Shown here piece after piece: positions 25,413 through 38,190 of a stretch of 64,000 nt of DNA (position 1 is the stretch's first letter; every line of letters starts with the position of its first letter). Position numbers and translations under genes: made by a program. The stretch is from Octopus sinensis (lineage: Eukaryota): assembly GCF_006345805.1 (NCBI RefSeq), contig NC_043003.1:92504001-92568000 (forward strand), in the 5' to 3' direction. The notes beneath the pieces are model-generated. The model had not been told where the DNA came from and ran no database searches. It saw only the letters and a program-made list of their open reading frames with translations.

Positions 25413-25665
25413 TTCTCTTATTTGTTTCGGTCATTTGACTACGACCTTTATTCGAACAAATCAACCCCAAGACTTATTCCTTGTAAGCCTATTACTTATT
25501 CTATCGGCCTCCTTTGCCGAACCGCTAAGTTACAAGGACTTAAATACACCGACATCGGTTGTCAAGCGATGGTGGGGGGACAAATACAGATACACAAACA
25601 TGTACATACATACATACATACATACATACATACATACATACATACATACATACATACATACATGC

Positions 25666-25745
<80 letters not shown>

Positions 25746-25907
25746 GACGGGCTTCTTTAAGTTTCCGTCTACCAAATCCACTCACAAGGCTTTGGTCGGC
25801 CCGAAGCTATAGTAGAAGATACTTGCCCAAGGTGCCACGCAGTAGAACTGAACCCGGAATTATGTGGTTGGTAAGCAAGCTACTTACCACACAGCCACTC
25901 CTGCGCC
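25413..25907 (-). mobile_element. SINE B, full length, (TACA)n+(TA)n core
   Basis: Tail and head match the other copies. Confidence 0.85.
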
Positions 25908-26517
25908 TATATATATATATATTTGTCTTCCACATAGTTTCCATCAACCAAATTCGCTCGCTCAGCATTTGTCGATCCCGGGCAATAATAGAAGACGCCC
26001 TAAGTACTGCACAGTGAAACTGAAACCGAAAGCGAGCTTCTAAACCACGCAGCCATTTTGTTTTAAGAGAGGCCCGCTAGTCATAGGCCCCTTCTTGGCT
26101 CTCTGAGTTTCATACCAACATACCGGCTGTACCCCTTCCTTTATAAGTAATGTGCTTGGACATGAGGTGATGTGACAATAGCTAGCTCTGTAGAGAAGAT
26201 AAGTGTTTAAATCATAGAGTGTCTTGATGAGCTCTTACCAATTAAACGGGTGGCTTTCTTTGGGGTACAGCCTATGATGTTTGGGGTTTAGAAAGAAAGC
26301 CCATTTTATATGCGGAAGTGGTATTCCACTGTAAGTCTCATTGGAGATTTATTGTAAGTTGACGGGCTAGAACAATTTTGTGCACAAGGTGTAGTAAACG
26401 TGGTGAGTAGCTTATTGTTTAGTCGTTAGATTAGTTATGATTGAACGGACCTATGAGCAAAGATATTCTCGTTGTAACGTTCTCGTATTTCTTTCAGACA
26501 TAGCGTACCCAGATTAA

Positions 26518-26960
26518 GGATCTTTTCGGTTTGAACGGCAGTTTTTCCTAGCGGTGCCATATGAAATTGTCACCCATAATTATGACCCTAGTATCGATCT
26601 ATTGCATTTCAATCTGTTTTAGGGTTAGGGTTAGTTAGGGTTAGGGTTAGGGTTAGGGGTGAGGGAAGGGCATCTTTTTTTCTTCACAAATGTAAATAAA
26701 CCCAATCTGTTTCTTAAACGAGGGACATATTCATACGACACAGAATGTTTTTTTACCTCAATGGACGTCATTGATTGGTTGAAATTGCAGAAATTGAAGA
26801 AAAAAAAACAACAAATATCTTACAAACTATAGAATTTTCACAATAAAGCCAAGAGAAAAAGATGCTTTATAAACACATTCTACCAGTATACGAAGTTTAA
26901 AAGTGTTTAGTTACGTGGAAATTATTTTTAAAAAAACTGCCGTTCAAACCGAAAAGAACC
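26518..26960 (+). mobile_element. MITE with 29-bp TIR GGATCTTTTCGGTTTGAACGGCAGTTTTT and internal (TTAGGG)n
   Basis: TIRs at both ends; TTAGGG run at ~26619-26657; a second copy lies in opposite orientation at 33171-33582. Confidence 0.85.
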
Positions 26961-27130
26961 CAAGTTATCTTATAGTTCTGCAGGAAGCCGGTATCAACTG
27001 TGTCAACGACGACAACAACAACAACAATAATAAACAACAACCAACAAACAGCAACAGCAGCAGTTGTAACTGCGTCAGCGTAGTTATGCATAAGTCACTC
27101 TTACAATTGTGGCTCAGCTGGGATTGAGAA

Positions 27131-27190
27131 AGTAGTAGGAGGAGGAGGAGGAGGAGGAGCAGGAGCAGGAGGAGCAGGAGCAGGAGGAGG

Positions 27191-27258
<68 letters not shown>

Positions 27259-27306
27259 CAGTAGCAGCAGCAGCAGCAGCGGCAGTTCCAGTAGCAGTAG
27301 TAGTAA

Positions 27307-27364
<58 letters not shown>
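27131..27364. repeat. Compound trinucleotide array (GGA)-(GCA)-(GTA)
   Basis: Direct. Confidence 0.9.
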
Positions 27365-27807
27365 CATTTAACGTAAGGCCGATGTATATCAGGAACCAAA
27401 GGTCCTTTCCTAAGCTTTTGTATTTCGATTCCCAAAGCGCACAGAAACACAATTGTGAACCGGGGACAGATGTTGCGATTAGCTTTAGAGTGCCATGGTA
27501 ACTTCACACCTGTCTTATTTGAGCGCGCATTTCAAAAGAATATTGTGATGCAACATGTGGTGTTTTAAGAGGCTAATCCCATACACACACCGATGTTAAC
27601 TATTACATTTGTGTGTGTGTGTGTGTGTGTGTATTTGCGTGTGTGTGTATGTGTGTGTATAACAGTTGTTTCAATCAATTCATATATAATTCTAGCTCAT
27701 TCTTTCTCCCTCTCTCTCTTTTTCAGTGTGTGTACGTAGTCCCAATTGCCGCCTAAAATGTATGTATGAATATGATACACATACATGTATATACACACAC
27801 ATATGTA

Positions 27808-27843
<36 letters not shown>

Positions 27844-28374
27844 GGCTTTAATAATAAGACTTTCAATGAGGTATATTCAGAAAGGATTTAGGGTTCAGTA
27901 TGTGTATGTATGTGTATGTGCTTGTGTGTGCGTATATATGTATAGAAATATTTATGTATGTATATGAATAATACAATCACACACCACACACACACACACA
28001 TACGTATATACATTCATACATGCATATATTCAATAAACTGTATTCAGAGAGTTTAGGGTTCAGTATGTGTGTATATGTATGCGTGTGTTTTTGAGTGTGT
28101 GTATATATGTATATGAATATTTATGTATGCGTATAATACAAACACCTCACACACACGTATATACATTTATACATATATCTATAATCACATAATTACATAC
28201 ATGCATATATACATATATGCAAACATATATACATATATATGCATACAATACATACATACATAACATATATGCATACAATACATAATGACAACATCCGTAC
28301 ACACACATAAATAAATAATACATACATACATACATACATACATACATACATACATACATACATACACACTGCAT

Positions 28375-28535
28375 AAATACCAATCTTGAGAAATTAGGCT
28401 TCACAAAACCAGAAAGGAGAAAACAAATTTGAAGACTACGGATCCAATCCATCACTGGAACTGTAAAAATCTGTAAAACTTTCCAGAAGTTTATCATTTA
28501 TATATCTATGAGCATGTCTAGATATGTAACTATAT
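28375..28535 (+). mobile_element. Probable 3' end of a non-LTR element embedded in (TACA)n
   Basis: Unique island reading ...QSITGTVKICKTFQKFII-stop, then a short UTR and a (TACA)n array. It resembles RLE-LINE C-termini. Confidence 0.45.
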
Positions 28536-29227
28536 GCATGAGAATACATACATAAAACATACAAATCTGCATATACATACATACATATATACATACATAC
28601 ACACATACATACATACATACATACATACATACATACATACATACATACATACATACATACATACATACATACATACATACTTGTATACATACAAACAAAC
28701 AAACAAAAATACCCTGTTCTTGATGTTGAAATTCCAATGAAGGAGCCTTGGATCTTTCTCTACTGGCAAGAAATCTTGAAATAAACTGAATAATGACATA
28801 CATACATACATACATACATACATACATACATACATACATACATACATACATACATACGAATATACATACACGCATTGATATGTAATGTTTGTTCAATATT
28901 ACGGACGTATGACCATCACTAACAATAAGAAAAAACAGAAGAAAAAGCAAATGTCCGAAAGATGTTTAGCAATACTCAAGTGAGATTTAATTCGAGAACA
29001 GGTTGCACATCACAATAGCTGTTCTCAACATCAAACCGTAAAACCAAAAGGCAGACAGAACGAAGAAGCTATCATATTAACGGTACTGGGTTTTATTTTA
29101 GAGCAACTTTCTCCAAGAGACATGCTCTAACTCAAATCTAAAAGTGACTAACTACCGACTGTTTTACAACGCGCTAGACACCAGATAGGAATTCCTTCAT
29201 ATTCCAGCTGTATTACCTATCAGTCTG

Positions 29228-29530
29228 CTACGACGACGAGGGTTCCAGTTGATCCGGTCAACGGAACGGCCTGCTCATGGAATTAACGTGCAAGTGGCTG
29301 AGCACTCCACAGGCATGTTTATCCGTAACGTAGTCCTCAAAGAGATTCAGCGTGACACAGAATGCAACAAGGCTGGCCTTTGAATTGTATATACTACTCA
29401 TTGTCAGCTGAGTGGACCGGATTAACGTGAAATAAAGGTGCTTTGCTCAAGGACAAGATATGCAGCTGGGATTCGAACTCATGACCTGACGATCGTGAGC
29501 CGAATGCCCTAACGTCTATGCCACGTGCCT
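29228..29530 (-). mobile_element. SINE family D (tRNA head + CCTTGAGCAAAGCAC box)
   Basis: Reverse complement has GGCACGTGGC...TTAGGGCATTCGGCTCACGATCG...GAGTTCGAATCCC. Homologous to 37908-38190. Confidence 0.7.
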
Positions 29531-29566
29531 TCACATTCGTGCTACACACACACATACACACACACA

Positions 29567-29616
<50 letters not shown>

Positions 29617-29962
29617 TTATAAGAATTTAGAAACTTCACGAGAATGTGAAAATAAAACCGTTTTTAACAGTTGAAGCAATAAATAACATTGGGTTAAAAA
29701 TCCCTTTGGAAAGGGAAAACTTGATGGCTTCCGGTGGGACTCGAACCCAAATCTTCTATAAACACGAGAATCTATGTTTGCATCAAACCTTAGATAGATA
29801 AAAAAGAAGGTTATACCGGACTTCCTTTGATCTAGCGTGTGTATGCGCGCACGCGTATATATATGTATATGTATTTGTGTGTGTGTGAGTGTATATATAT
29901 ATATATGCACAAAGAGAGAGAGAGAGAGGGGGGAGACAGAGAGAAAGAAACATGAGTACATA

Positions 29963-30121
29963 TGCGTATGGCTGTGTGATAAGTAGCTTGCTTACTAACC
30001 ACATGCTTCCGGGTTCAGTCCCACTGCGTGTCTTCTACAATAGCTTCGGGCCGACCAAAGCGTTGTGAGTGGATTTGGTAGACGGAAACTGAAAGATACC
30101 CGTCGCACAATTATATATATA

Positions 30122-30170
<49 letters not shown>

Positions 30171-30393
30171 TGTGTGTGTGTGTTTGTGTGTCAGTGTTTG
30201 TCCACCCCCCACAACATCGCTTCTCAACCGATGCTGGCGCGGTTACGTCCACGTAACTTAGCAGTTAGGCAAAAAACCGATAGAATAAGTACTAGGCTTA
30301 CAAAGAATAAGTCCTGGGGTCGATTTGCTCGACTAAAGGCGGTGCTCCAGTATGGCCGGAGTCAAATGACTGAAACAAGTAGAAGAATAAAGA
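29963..30393 (+). mobile_element. SINE B, full length, (TG)n core
   Basis: Head, microsatellite and tail match the other copies. Confidence 0.85.
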
Positions 30394-30555
30394 ATATATA
30401 TACATGTATATATATACATTATATACGCATGTATATATATATATATATATATATTTACATATATATATATATACATATATATATATACGCAATATATGTA
30501 TGTATATATACATATATATAGACATATATATATATACATATGAACGTAAAACGTC

Positions 30556-30730
30556 GCCCTTTTCAAGCCTAGTCAGGCTCACGGGCCCGGTTTCCCGGTT
30601 TCCTGCCGGAGTCTCGTGGAGCTTTTATGTCTTTTCGGTCAATAAACACACACAACGCCCGGTCTGGGAATCGAAACTGCGATCCTCAGACCGCGAGTCC
30701 GCTGCCCTAACCACTGGGCCATTGTGCCTC
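30556..30730 (-). mobile_element. SINE C subfamily 2, internally deleted
   Basis: Shares the GGGCCC(A/G)TGAGCCTG.CTAGGCTTGAAAAGGGC tail with 33883-34170. Confidence 0.7.
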
Positions 30731-30768
30731 AACATATATATACATATACATATGTATGTATGTATATA

Positions 30769-30800
<32 letters not shown>

Positions 30801-31068
30801 GAATGCATATATATATATATACATATAAATGTATACATATATATATTCATATGTATATATATGCGTATACATATATGTATATATATATATGTGTTTATAT
30901 AAATACATATGTATATATACAAACATATATTGTGTGTATATATATATATATAGGTATTTATATACACATATATATGTAAATACAGGCACATATATGCATA
31001 CATATATACATGTATTTATATACATGTATATTTATATTCCTGCATATATATAAACATATATATATATA

Positions 31069-31451
31069 CTAGCAGTATCGCCCGGCGTTGCTCAGGTTTG
31101 TAAGGGAAATAACTATAAAGCATTTTTAGAGAGTTATAGCCAAAAAATAGCAAAAACATGGAAAAAAATGATGGTAAATTTTTTTGAGAGTTAAAAAAGT
31201 TGGAGTTGCGTCCCCTAGACAGTTTTTGGTTTGTGTTTCTGATTCTCGACCCCATGTCGAATTTATCGATTTTTTTCAGAACTGGGGGAACTTTTCAAAA
31301 TTTTCGCTGCGTTAGTTTTGAATTATGACATTGGGCTATGTGTGTGTCAAGTTTCATTAGAATCGGTTGAAAGCCGTGCTCAGGGTGAGGGTACAAGCAA
31401 ACAGACACACAGAAACACGCACAGACAAACTGCCGTTTATATAGAGAGAGA
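31069..31451 (-). mobile_element. Non-autonomous Helitron
   Basis: On the minus strand: A|TCTCTCTCTATATAAAC start and ...GAGCAACGCCGGGCGATACTGCTAG|T end. Confidence 0.8.
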
Positions 31452-31769
31452 TATATATATATGTATATAGGTATATTCATATGTATATAAATATATGTAT
31501 ATATATATATGTGTATATCTTTATATGCATGTGTGAGTGTGTGTGTGTGTGCGTGTGCTTGTGTATATGTGTTTGTACCCCCACCATCACTTGACTACCG
31601 ATGATACTGTGTTTACGTCCTCATAACTTAGCCTTTTACAAAACACACCGTTAGAATAAGTACAATGCTTACTAAGAATAAATCCTGTTATCAGTTTTTC
31701 CGACTAAAGGTGATGCTCCAGCATGGCCGCAGTCACATTCCCGAAGAAAGTACAACAATAAAAATCTAT

Positions 31770-31807
31770 GCCATTTTAATCCCGAGCAACGCCGGATATC
31801 TCTGCTA

Positions 31808-31808
<1 letters not shown>
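31770..31808 (+). mobile_element. Isolated Helitron 3' terminus
   Basis: CCCGAGCAACGCCGGATATCTCTGCTAG|T, the same end motif as the other Helitrons. Confidence 0.65.
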
Positions 31809-31871
<63 letters not shown>

Positions 31872-32289
31872 TCTTACATGTCAGACGATAGGCGTCTCAT
31901 TATTTATTGTTGAAAAGACCTTCACTCTCAGTGTACAGGTACGTGACTATGTGCTTCTAACCGGGTAATTCTTTCATACATCGTCACTTCTCCATCACGA
32001 AAGGTCTTTTGAAAGAATAAGGAACAATGAACAAATTGAGTGGATGAGACATATGTACGTCACTGGATTATAGCGACATGCTCTTGTACAACTCGTAGAC
32101 ACTAATACGTGTTCATAGTTATATATCCAAAGAGAATCACAATAGAGATGACCAGTAACTCTGTCGAAAAGTTCGTTTTATCTAAGAGAGCTTTCTCTTA
32201 GTTTTCCACTATAAGGATTTTCATAACCAGTACAGATTTATTTTCGTGTATGCATTGATGCTAAAGCTACTACTCAACTAGTAATATAC

Positions 32290-32505
32290 TTTTTACTACT
32301 CTAGCCACAAGGACCGAAATATTTGGGGAGGGAGTCGGTCGATTAGCTCGACCCCAGTACACAACTAGTACTTAATTTATCGATCTCGAAAGGATGAAAG
32401 GCAAAGTTGACCTCGGTGGAATTTGAACTCAGAACGTAGCGGCAGACGAAACACCGCTAAGCATTTCGCCCGGCGTGTTAACGTTTCTTCCAGCTCGCTA
32501 CCTTA
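32290..32505 (-). mobile_element. SINE A
   Basis: Reverse complement of family A. Confidence 0.75.
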
Positions 32506-33170
32506 CAACTAGTCATATATTGGTGTAGTTAAGCTGGGATTCTAACAAGGTTTTCCGACAAACTCTATGACCTTGGTATAGCCCGAAAATCAGGTAAGTG
32601 TCTATAAGGCAGAAGGCTATCTTTTTAAGAGGTGCATCCTCTGAAGAGTCAACTATTTTAGGAGATTATTACAAGTGTAAACTTTTGAAGCCGTTATTGT
32701 GAAACCTTTATTAGATTTCTTTTCAGCTTTCAGTACACCTCTACTACAAACTATACCGATTATACTTAGTTAAGCTATGATGCTTAACTGAATAGCTGAA
32801 AAAAAAAATTCAACGCAAGAAAGTTTCAGTTAGTCCGCCATTAACCTCCTTTCTCCAAAGGTACTGCTACCTAGATACACAGGGCCGAAAGAAATTGCAA
32901 TATCCTAGTCAGAAGCTGCTTGAGAACTTGTATTGGTAACGAGTAAAAACGCATCATTTCGAGCACATATTACGAAAATAGGGAGACACATACAGAAAGT
33001 TAGCAGGATGGATCCTTAAAATATTCATAAACAGGTACTTGTTCTCAGTCACCTAGGTTATTGTTTTCAGCCCATAATGCTGGCAAATTATAGCAACTAG
33101 TAGAACTTATCTGAAATAAAAAGTTGATTCCATAAACTAAATGAATTTTGGTGGCAGAGTGAAAGATTTG

Positions 33171-33582
33171 GGATCTTTTCGGTTTGAACGGCAGTTTTTA
33201 ACATAATTTCTAGGTAACTAAAAAATTTTCAACTTCGTATACTGGTAGAATGTGTTTATAAAACATCTTTTTCTCTTGGCTTTATTGAGAAAATTCTATG
33301 GTTTGTAAGATATTTGTTGTTGTTTTTTCTTCAATTTCTGCAATTTCAACCAATCAATGACGTCTATTGAGGTAAAAAAAAACATTCTGTGCCATATGAA
33401 TGTCTCTCGTTTAAATAACAGATTGGGTTTATTTACATTTGTGAAGAAAAAAAGATACCCTTCCCCCACCCCTAACCCTAAAACAGATTGAAATGCAATA
33501 GATCGATAGTAGGGTCATAATTATGGGTGACAATTTCATATGACACCGCTAGGAAAAACTGCCGTTCAAACCGAAAAGATCC
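33171..33582 (-). mobile_element. Second copy of the GGATCTTTTC-TIR MITE with perfect 8-bp TSD
   Basis: AAGATTTG at 33163-33170 and 33583-33590; CCCTAA run at ~33470-33481. Confidence 0.9.
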
Positions 33583-33882
33583 AAGATTTGAAATAAATTC
33601 CCTGGAAATAAGAATAAAACGATATGCAATCACCTATATTTAGAAAATCCTGGAAGATTTGACGCAAAAAATTTGTTTCTAAAAACAACAAATTCATCGT
33701 GGTCATATTTCCCGGATCAAATGTTGGTTGTATAATTAATTTCCCTAAGGCCTTTGATTAAATTGATTATGCTGAAAATATCGGCATTTAGAGAATTGGA
33801 AGTCTGATTTCTTTAAATAACAAAGACACACTGCAGCGGCCAATGGTTTCTTGTCTTATAAGCCTGCAGTAATAAGTTGACT

Positions 33883-34170
33883 GTGGAGGCAGCGGACTCG
33901 CGGTTTCGATTCCCAGACCGGGCGTTGTGTGTGTTTATTGAGCGAAAACACCTAAAGCTCCACGATGCCCCGGCAGGGGGATGGGGGTAGCGACCCCTGT
34001 TGTACTCTTTCGCCCCCAACTTTCTCTCTCTTTCTTCCTGTTTCTTGAGTAACGCTGCGATGGACTGGCGTCCCATCCAGCTGGGGCAGAACACATACGC
34101 CATAGAAATCGGGAAATCGGGCCCATGAGCCTGGCTAGGCTTGAAAAGGGCGCATAAATAAAAAAAATAA
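33883..34170 (+). mobile_element. SINE C subfamily 2 with 12-bp TSD
   Basis: AATAAGTTGACT at 33871-33882 and 34171-34182; contains GCGATGGACTGGCGTCCCATCCAG. Confidence 0.8.
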
Positions 34171-34641
34171 AATAAGTTGACTATTACAAAGCAAATTCTG
34201 TTGACTCTAATTGTTCCTTATCATGATGAAGCATTTAGACAAAAATCTAGCATTGGCCATATTCAATAGCTAAGTAGTTGAGATGCTACAACAGATTTGT
34301 AAATAAGAACACTTTGGTCAGCAACGCAAAATTTAGTGATATCGACTCCAGTTCTTTATTTGGAATTTATATAATTGAAATCAGAAAATGTATTGGCAGA
34401 ATTACTTGAATGCCGAACAAAATGTCTTGCAGCATAAGTTCCGGCTCTTTACGTTCTGACTTCAAGCCACACCAAGGTCAACTTTGCCTTTACTCCTTCC
34501 GCTGTCGATGAAATAAGGAAGTATTAGTCAAGGACTGGGGTCGATGTAATCAACTTCTTCCTCCCTGCAAAAACTGCTAGCTTTGAACTAAAATTATCAT
34601 CATCATCATCATCATCATCTTCATCATTATTATTATTATAA

Positions 34642-34697
<56 letters not shown>

Positions 34698-34964
34698 CGA
34701 GTGAGAGCACAGTGCAAGCCATCAAAATGACAATGGGGTAAAATATACGAAGTCCAGTATACCCATCATAACTACCCGGTCTGATAAGGGTACACCAGGC
34801 ACATGCATCAAAACCATATGTGCGCAACATGGTAATTTCATAGCAAGATAAACAGCACATGACCTTGCAGGTGGGGCCTAGTTAAGATTTTCTTCAGGTC
34901 GAGTAGCCCACCTGCTCAAACGGTCCCTGAATAAGGGTTGTTTAAGGATGTTGAACGAAACACC

Positions 34965-34965
<1 letters not shown>
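34698..34965 (-). mobile_element. Non-coding element flanked on both sides by (AAT)n (copy 1)
   Basis: Homologous to 43994-44270; (ATT)n at 34641-34697 and 34966-35012. Confidence 0.7.
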
Positions 34966-35013
<48 letters not shown>

Positions 35014-35032
35014 GTTGTTGTTGTTGTTATTA

Positions 35033-35352
35033 TGGTCGACTTTGCCTTTCATCATTTCGGGGTCGATTAAATAAGTACCAGTTACGCACTGGGGTCGATA
35101 TAATCGACTTAACACATTTGCCTGTCCTTGTTTGTCCCTTCTGTGTTTAGCCCCTTGAGGGTAGTAAAGAAACAGGTATTTCGTCCGTCGCTACGTCCTG
35201 GGTTCAAATTCCACCGAGGTCGACTTTGCCTTTCATACTTTCGGGATCGATAAATTAAGTACCGGTGAAACACTGGGGTCGATATAATCGACTATTCCCC
35301 TCCCCCAACATTTCAGGCCTTGCGCCTATAGTAGAAAGGGTTATTATTATTA

Positions 35353-35416
<64 letters not shown>

Positions 35417-35520
35417 CATTATTATTAAGGCAGCGAGCTGGCTGAATCGTTTCTACGCCAGGTAAAATGCTTAGCGGTATTTCGCCCATCTTTACGTCCT
35501 GTGTTCAGATTCGTACGTGG
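35033..35520 (+). mobile_element. Cluster of SINE A pieces interleaved with (ATT)n
   Basis: Repeated family A body and head fragments. Confidence 0.7.
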
Positions 35521-36169
35521 TCGGAAAGGATTACTATTATTATTTATCAAGCAGCTACGATCAAATGGCGTTTCATCACACCTCACCAGGTATCTATATC
35601 TCTTAAGCTTTGATGGATTTCGAATTTCACATTGTGTGTAGTATCTCCCGATAATATTAATGTAATTGCCTGGTCTTCGTCTTCTATTAGGGCACGGAAG
35701 ACTCCAAAATATAAAATCTGATTAAGCCTGGTGTTTAGCACTAAAGCAGTGGCCAATAAAGTGTACGTACGTATATATATATGTACATATATTACAATGC
35801 GCACTCTTCTACCTTTACTATCTCTTCTCTGTCTATCTCTCCCCCTCTCTTGTTCTTCATCCTTTCTGGTTTTCTCTCCCACCTTTCCCTATTCTTCTTC
35901 TCTCCTCTTCACCGTTCCCTCTCTCTCACTCCTCCTCTTTGACTCTCTCGTCGCTGACACGTGACGAAAGATATTCTGTCTTTCTGCCCACAACCTTTAT
36001 ACTGTCTCCTTCATAAGCTCGTCTTCCTCGCGTTCATAATAATTTTTATATCGTCTTCTCTTAATAATCCTCACCGTTTTTTTTTTACAGTTTTGTTCTC
36101 ACTGTCCTGTTCTTTTTACTGTCTTTGTTCTCACTGTCCTGTTCTTGTTATCACTTTCACCCTCCGCAA

Positions 36170-36420
36170 AAAATTCCAAATTTTATTTTATTTGCTTTGC
36201 GGGAAGGACTGTTTCAACGAAGTCGCATTTTGTCCTTGCCTTCGAACGAGGAATAGATGAAACAGGGACAACTGAAGAAGGGGAAAATTTTTTATGCTGT
36301 ATGTCTCGTTTCTCTGTTTGTTTTTTCGTTGTTCGAAAAAATGTTCGTTTCTATGCTTTTGTTTTTATGTTTTCGAGCTTCATTGTGTTCAACGTTTTTT
36401 TTATGTCCTGTACCCATATA
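36170..36420 (+). mobile_element. Possible Penelope pseudo-LTR-like repeat (related piece ~49730-49880)
   Basis: Both pieces have ACAACTGA(A/T)GA(A/G)G followed by T-rich sequence and ATGTCCTG. Assignment by resemblance only. Confidence 0.35.
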
Positions 36421-37907
36421 TGCATGTATATATATACATATATATATGTAGGTATGTACATGTATGTATATATGCATATATTTATATATTATTTATATTA
36501 TTATTACTATTATATATATATATATGGCATACCAATACACCGTGTTTGTGGGTCATCATATACGCGGAAGTTATGTATACTATTTAATAATCATACATTT
36601 TTTTTTCTAGGTGAACGAATAGACGTCCACGGACAAATTAAAAGAGGTTCGGGTGTTTGAAATGTGAAGAAAATAATGACACAAGGTTGTCATCTAGACA
36701 TCAGTCAACTACAACGCCAACCATTACAACGATGTTATGAATAAATATGTACACGGAAGTAGTTATATACCGTATGTTTAACAAACATATTTCGTCACGC
36801 TGTGAAAATAGGCTTTGTTGAACAACGATGACCTCAGGCTAAGCAACAACTATAACAATTAACAACTTCCTAGATTTTATTCGAAAGAATGCCGTATAGA
36901 TGACAGTCATGTATTCATTCACGAGCACTTACTATAACCATTGGGCGTTTCGGCAATAACTTCGTTATTGGTACACGAATTTCTTCAGTATATTAATAAA
37001 GAGGTTCCTCATACTGACACTCTGTAGTACCGAAGGATCGCTGCTGTTCTTCTTCTGCTCCCATACAATAATATTCTCTGCTTCCCTAATCAATCCAAAC
37101 TACGTATTCCTTTTCTTCCATGCCCACTTTTCCTACATGAAATTACTTTCCCCACGTGGGAGTCTCTACATTAAGCATGGACAACATTTTTCGAGAAACG
37201 TGCCGCATGCAACATAGTTCATCATCAAGCGGGTCGCACTACTAAAAAAATTAAAGGCAATTTTTCGTTAGGCGTGCCTGTGAGCCGTAGATTGCCCATG
37301 GCCGTTCTACTACGTCACTCAACATTTTAGAAACAGTAGTTGAATCTCTCCCAAAACATAGCCCACAGTCTTAAGACAAAAAGACTTGTTAGTGTAAGTG
37401 ATACTGGGTACCTTGCATGTTAGAAAAGAACACGATGGTCACGATTGAAATGCTTATGATTGACTTTATTTTTTATCCTTCCTGAGGCGGTGGATTGTCG
37501 AAAACGTTAGTGCATCAGACGGAATGCCTTCTGGTATTTGTTCCGGCCCTTTGCGTTCTGAGTTCAAATCCCGCCATGGACCACTTATAAGTTACATTTC
37601 ACCCATCATCCGGTGTAACGTTACACCTTGAACGCCTTTAGCGGAGTCACTCTTGGAAGGGTCAGAGCCAATTCTCTGGTTTGAGGATATCTTCACTCGC
37701 CCACACGCACCTACACTTTCATAGATTCTGTAAAGGGTCATGCTCACTGTCACCTCTTCCAGACTAAAAGATTAAAAACAAAAGAAGTGATCCAGGTGGA
37801 CACTCATCTGTGACACGGTTGTAAAACCAGCTGTGTCATAATTCCAGCAACAGTACCCTTGTTGTACCACCAACATTACCCAAGTGGTACCATCAAAAGT
37901 GTGAAGT

Positions 37908-38190
37908 CACGTGGCTTAGTGATTAGGGTATTCGTCTTACAATCGTAAGACGGGCGGCGCGTTGTGTCCTTGAGCAAGACACTTTATGTCACGTTGCTCC
38001 AGTCCACACAGCTTACAAAAATGCGTAGTACCTGTAATTCAAAGGACCGGCCTTGTCACATTCTGTGACACGCTAAATCTCCTAAAAAAAACTACGTTAA
38101 GGATACGCGTGTCTGACGAGTGCTCAGCCACTTGTACGTTAATTTCACGAGCAGGCTGGAATCTTCGTCATCATATAACCGACGGTGTGC
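37908..38190 (+). mobile_element. SINE D
   Basis: TGTGTCCTTGAGCAAGACAC box; homologous to 29228-29530. Confidence 0.7.

Noticed and set aside
29725-29795. tRNA-like sequence (GGGTTCGAGTCCCACCGGAAGCC on the minus strand)
   Set aside because: Only the T-arm/B-box is recognisable; no D or anticodon arm could be folded. At most a decayed tRNA-derived fragment.
20120-33482. TTAGGG/CCCTAA runs as a true telomere or fusion scar
   Set aside because: The runs are only 2-6 units and lie inside TIR-bounded MITEs.
37172-37306. Possible small hAT-like MITE (CATGGACAAC...ATTGCCCATG)
   Set aside because: The termini are too degenerate and no TSD could be assigned.
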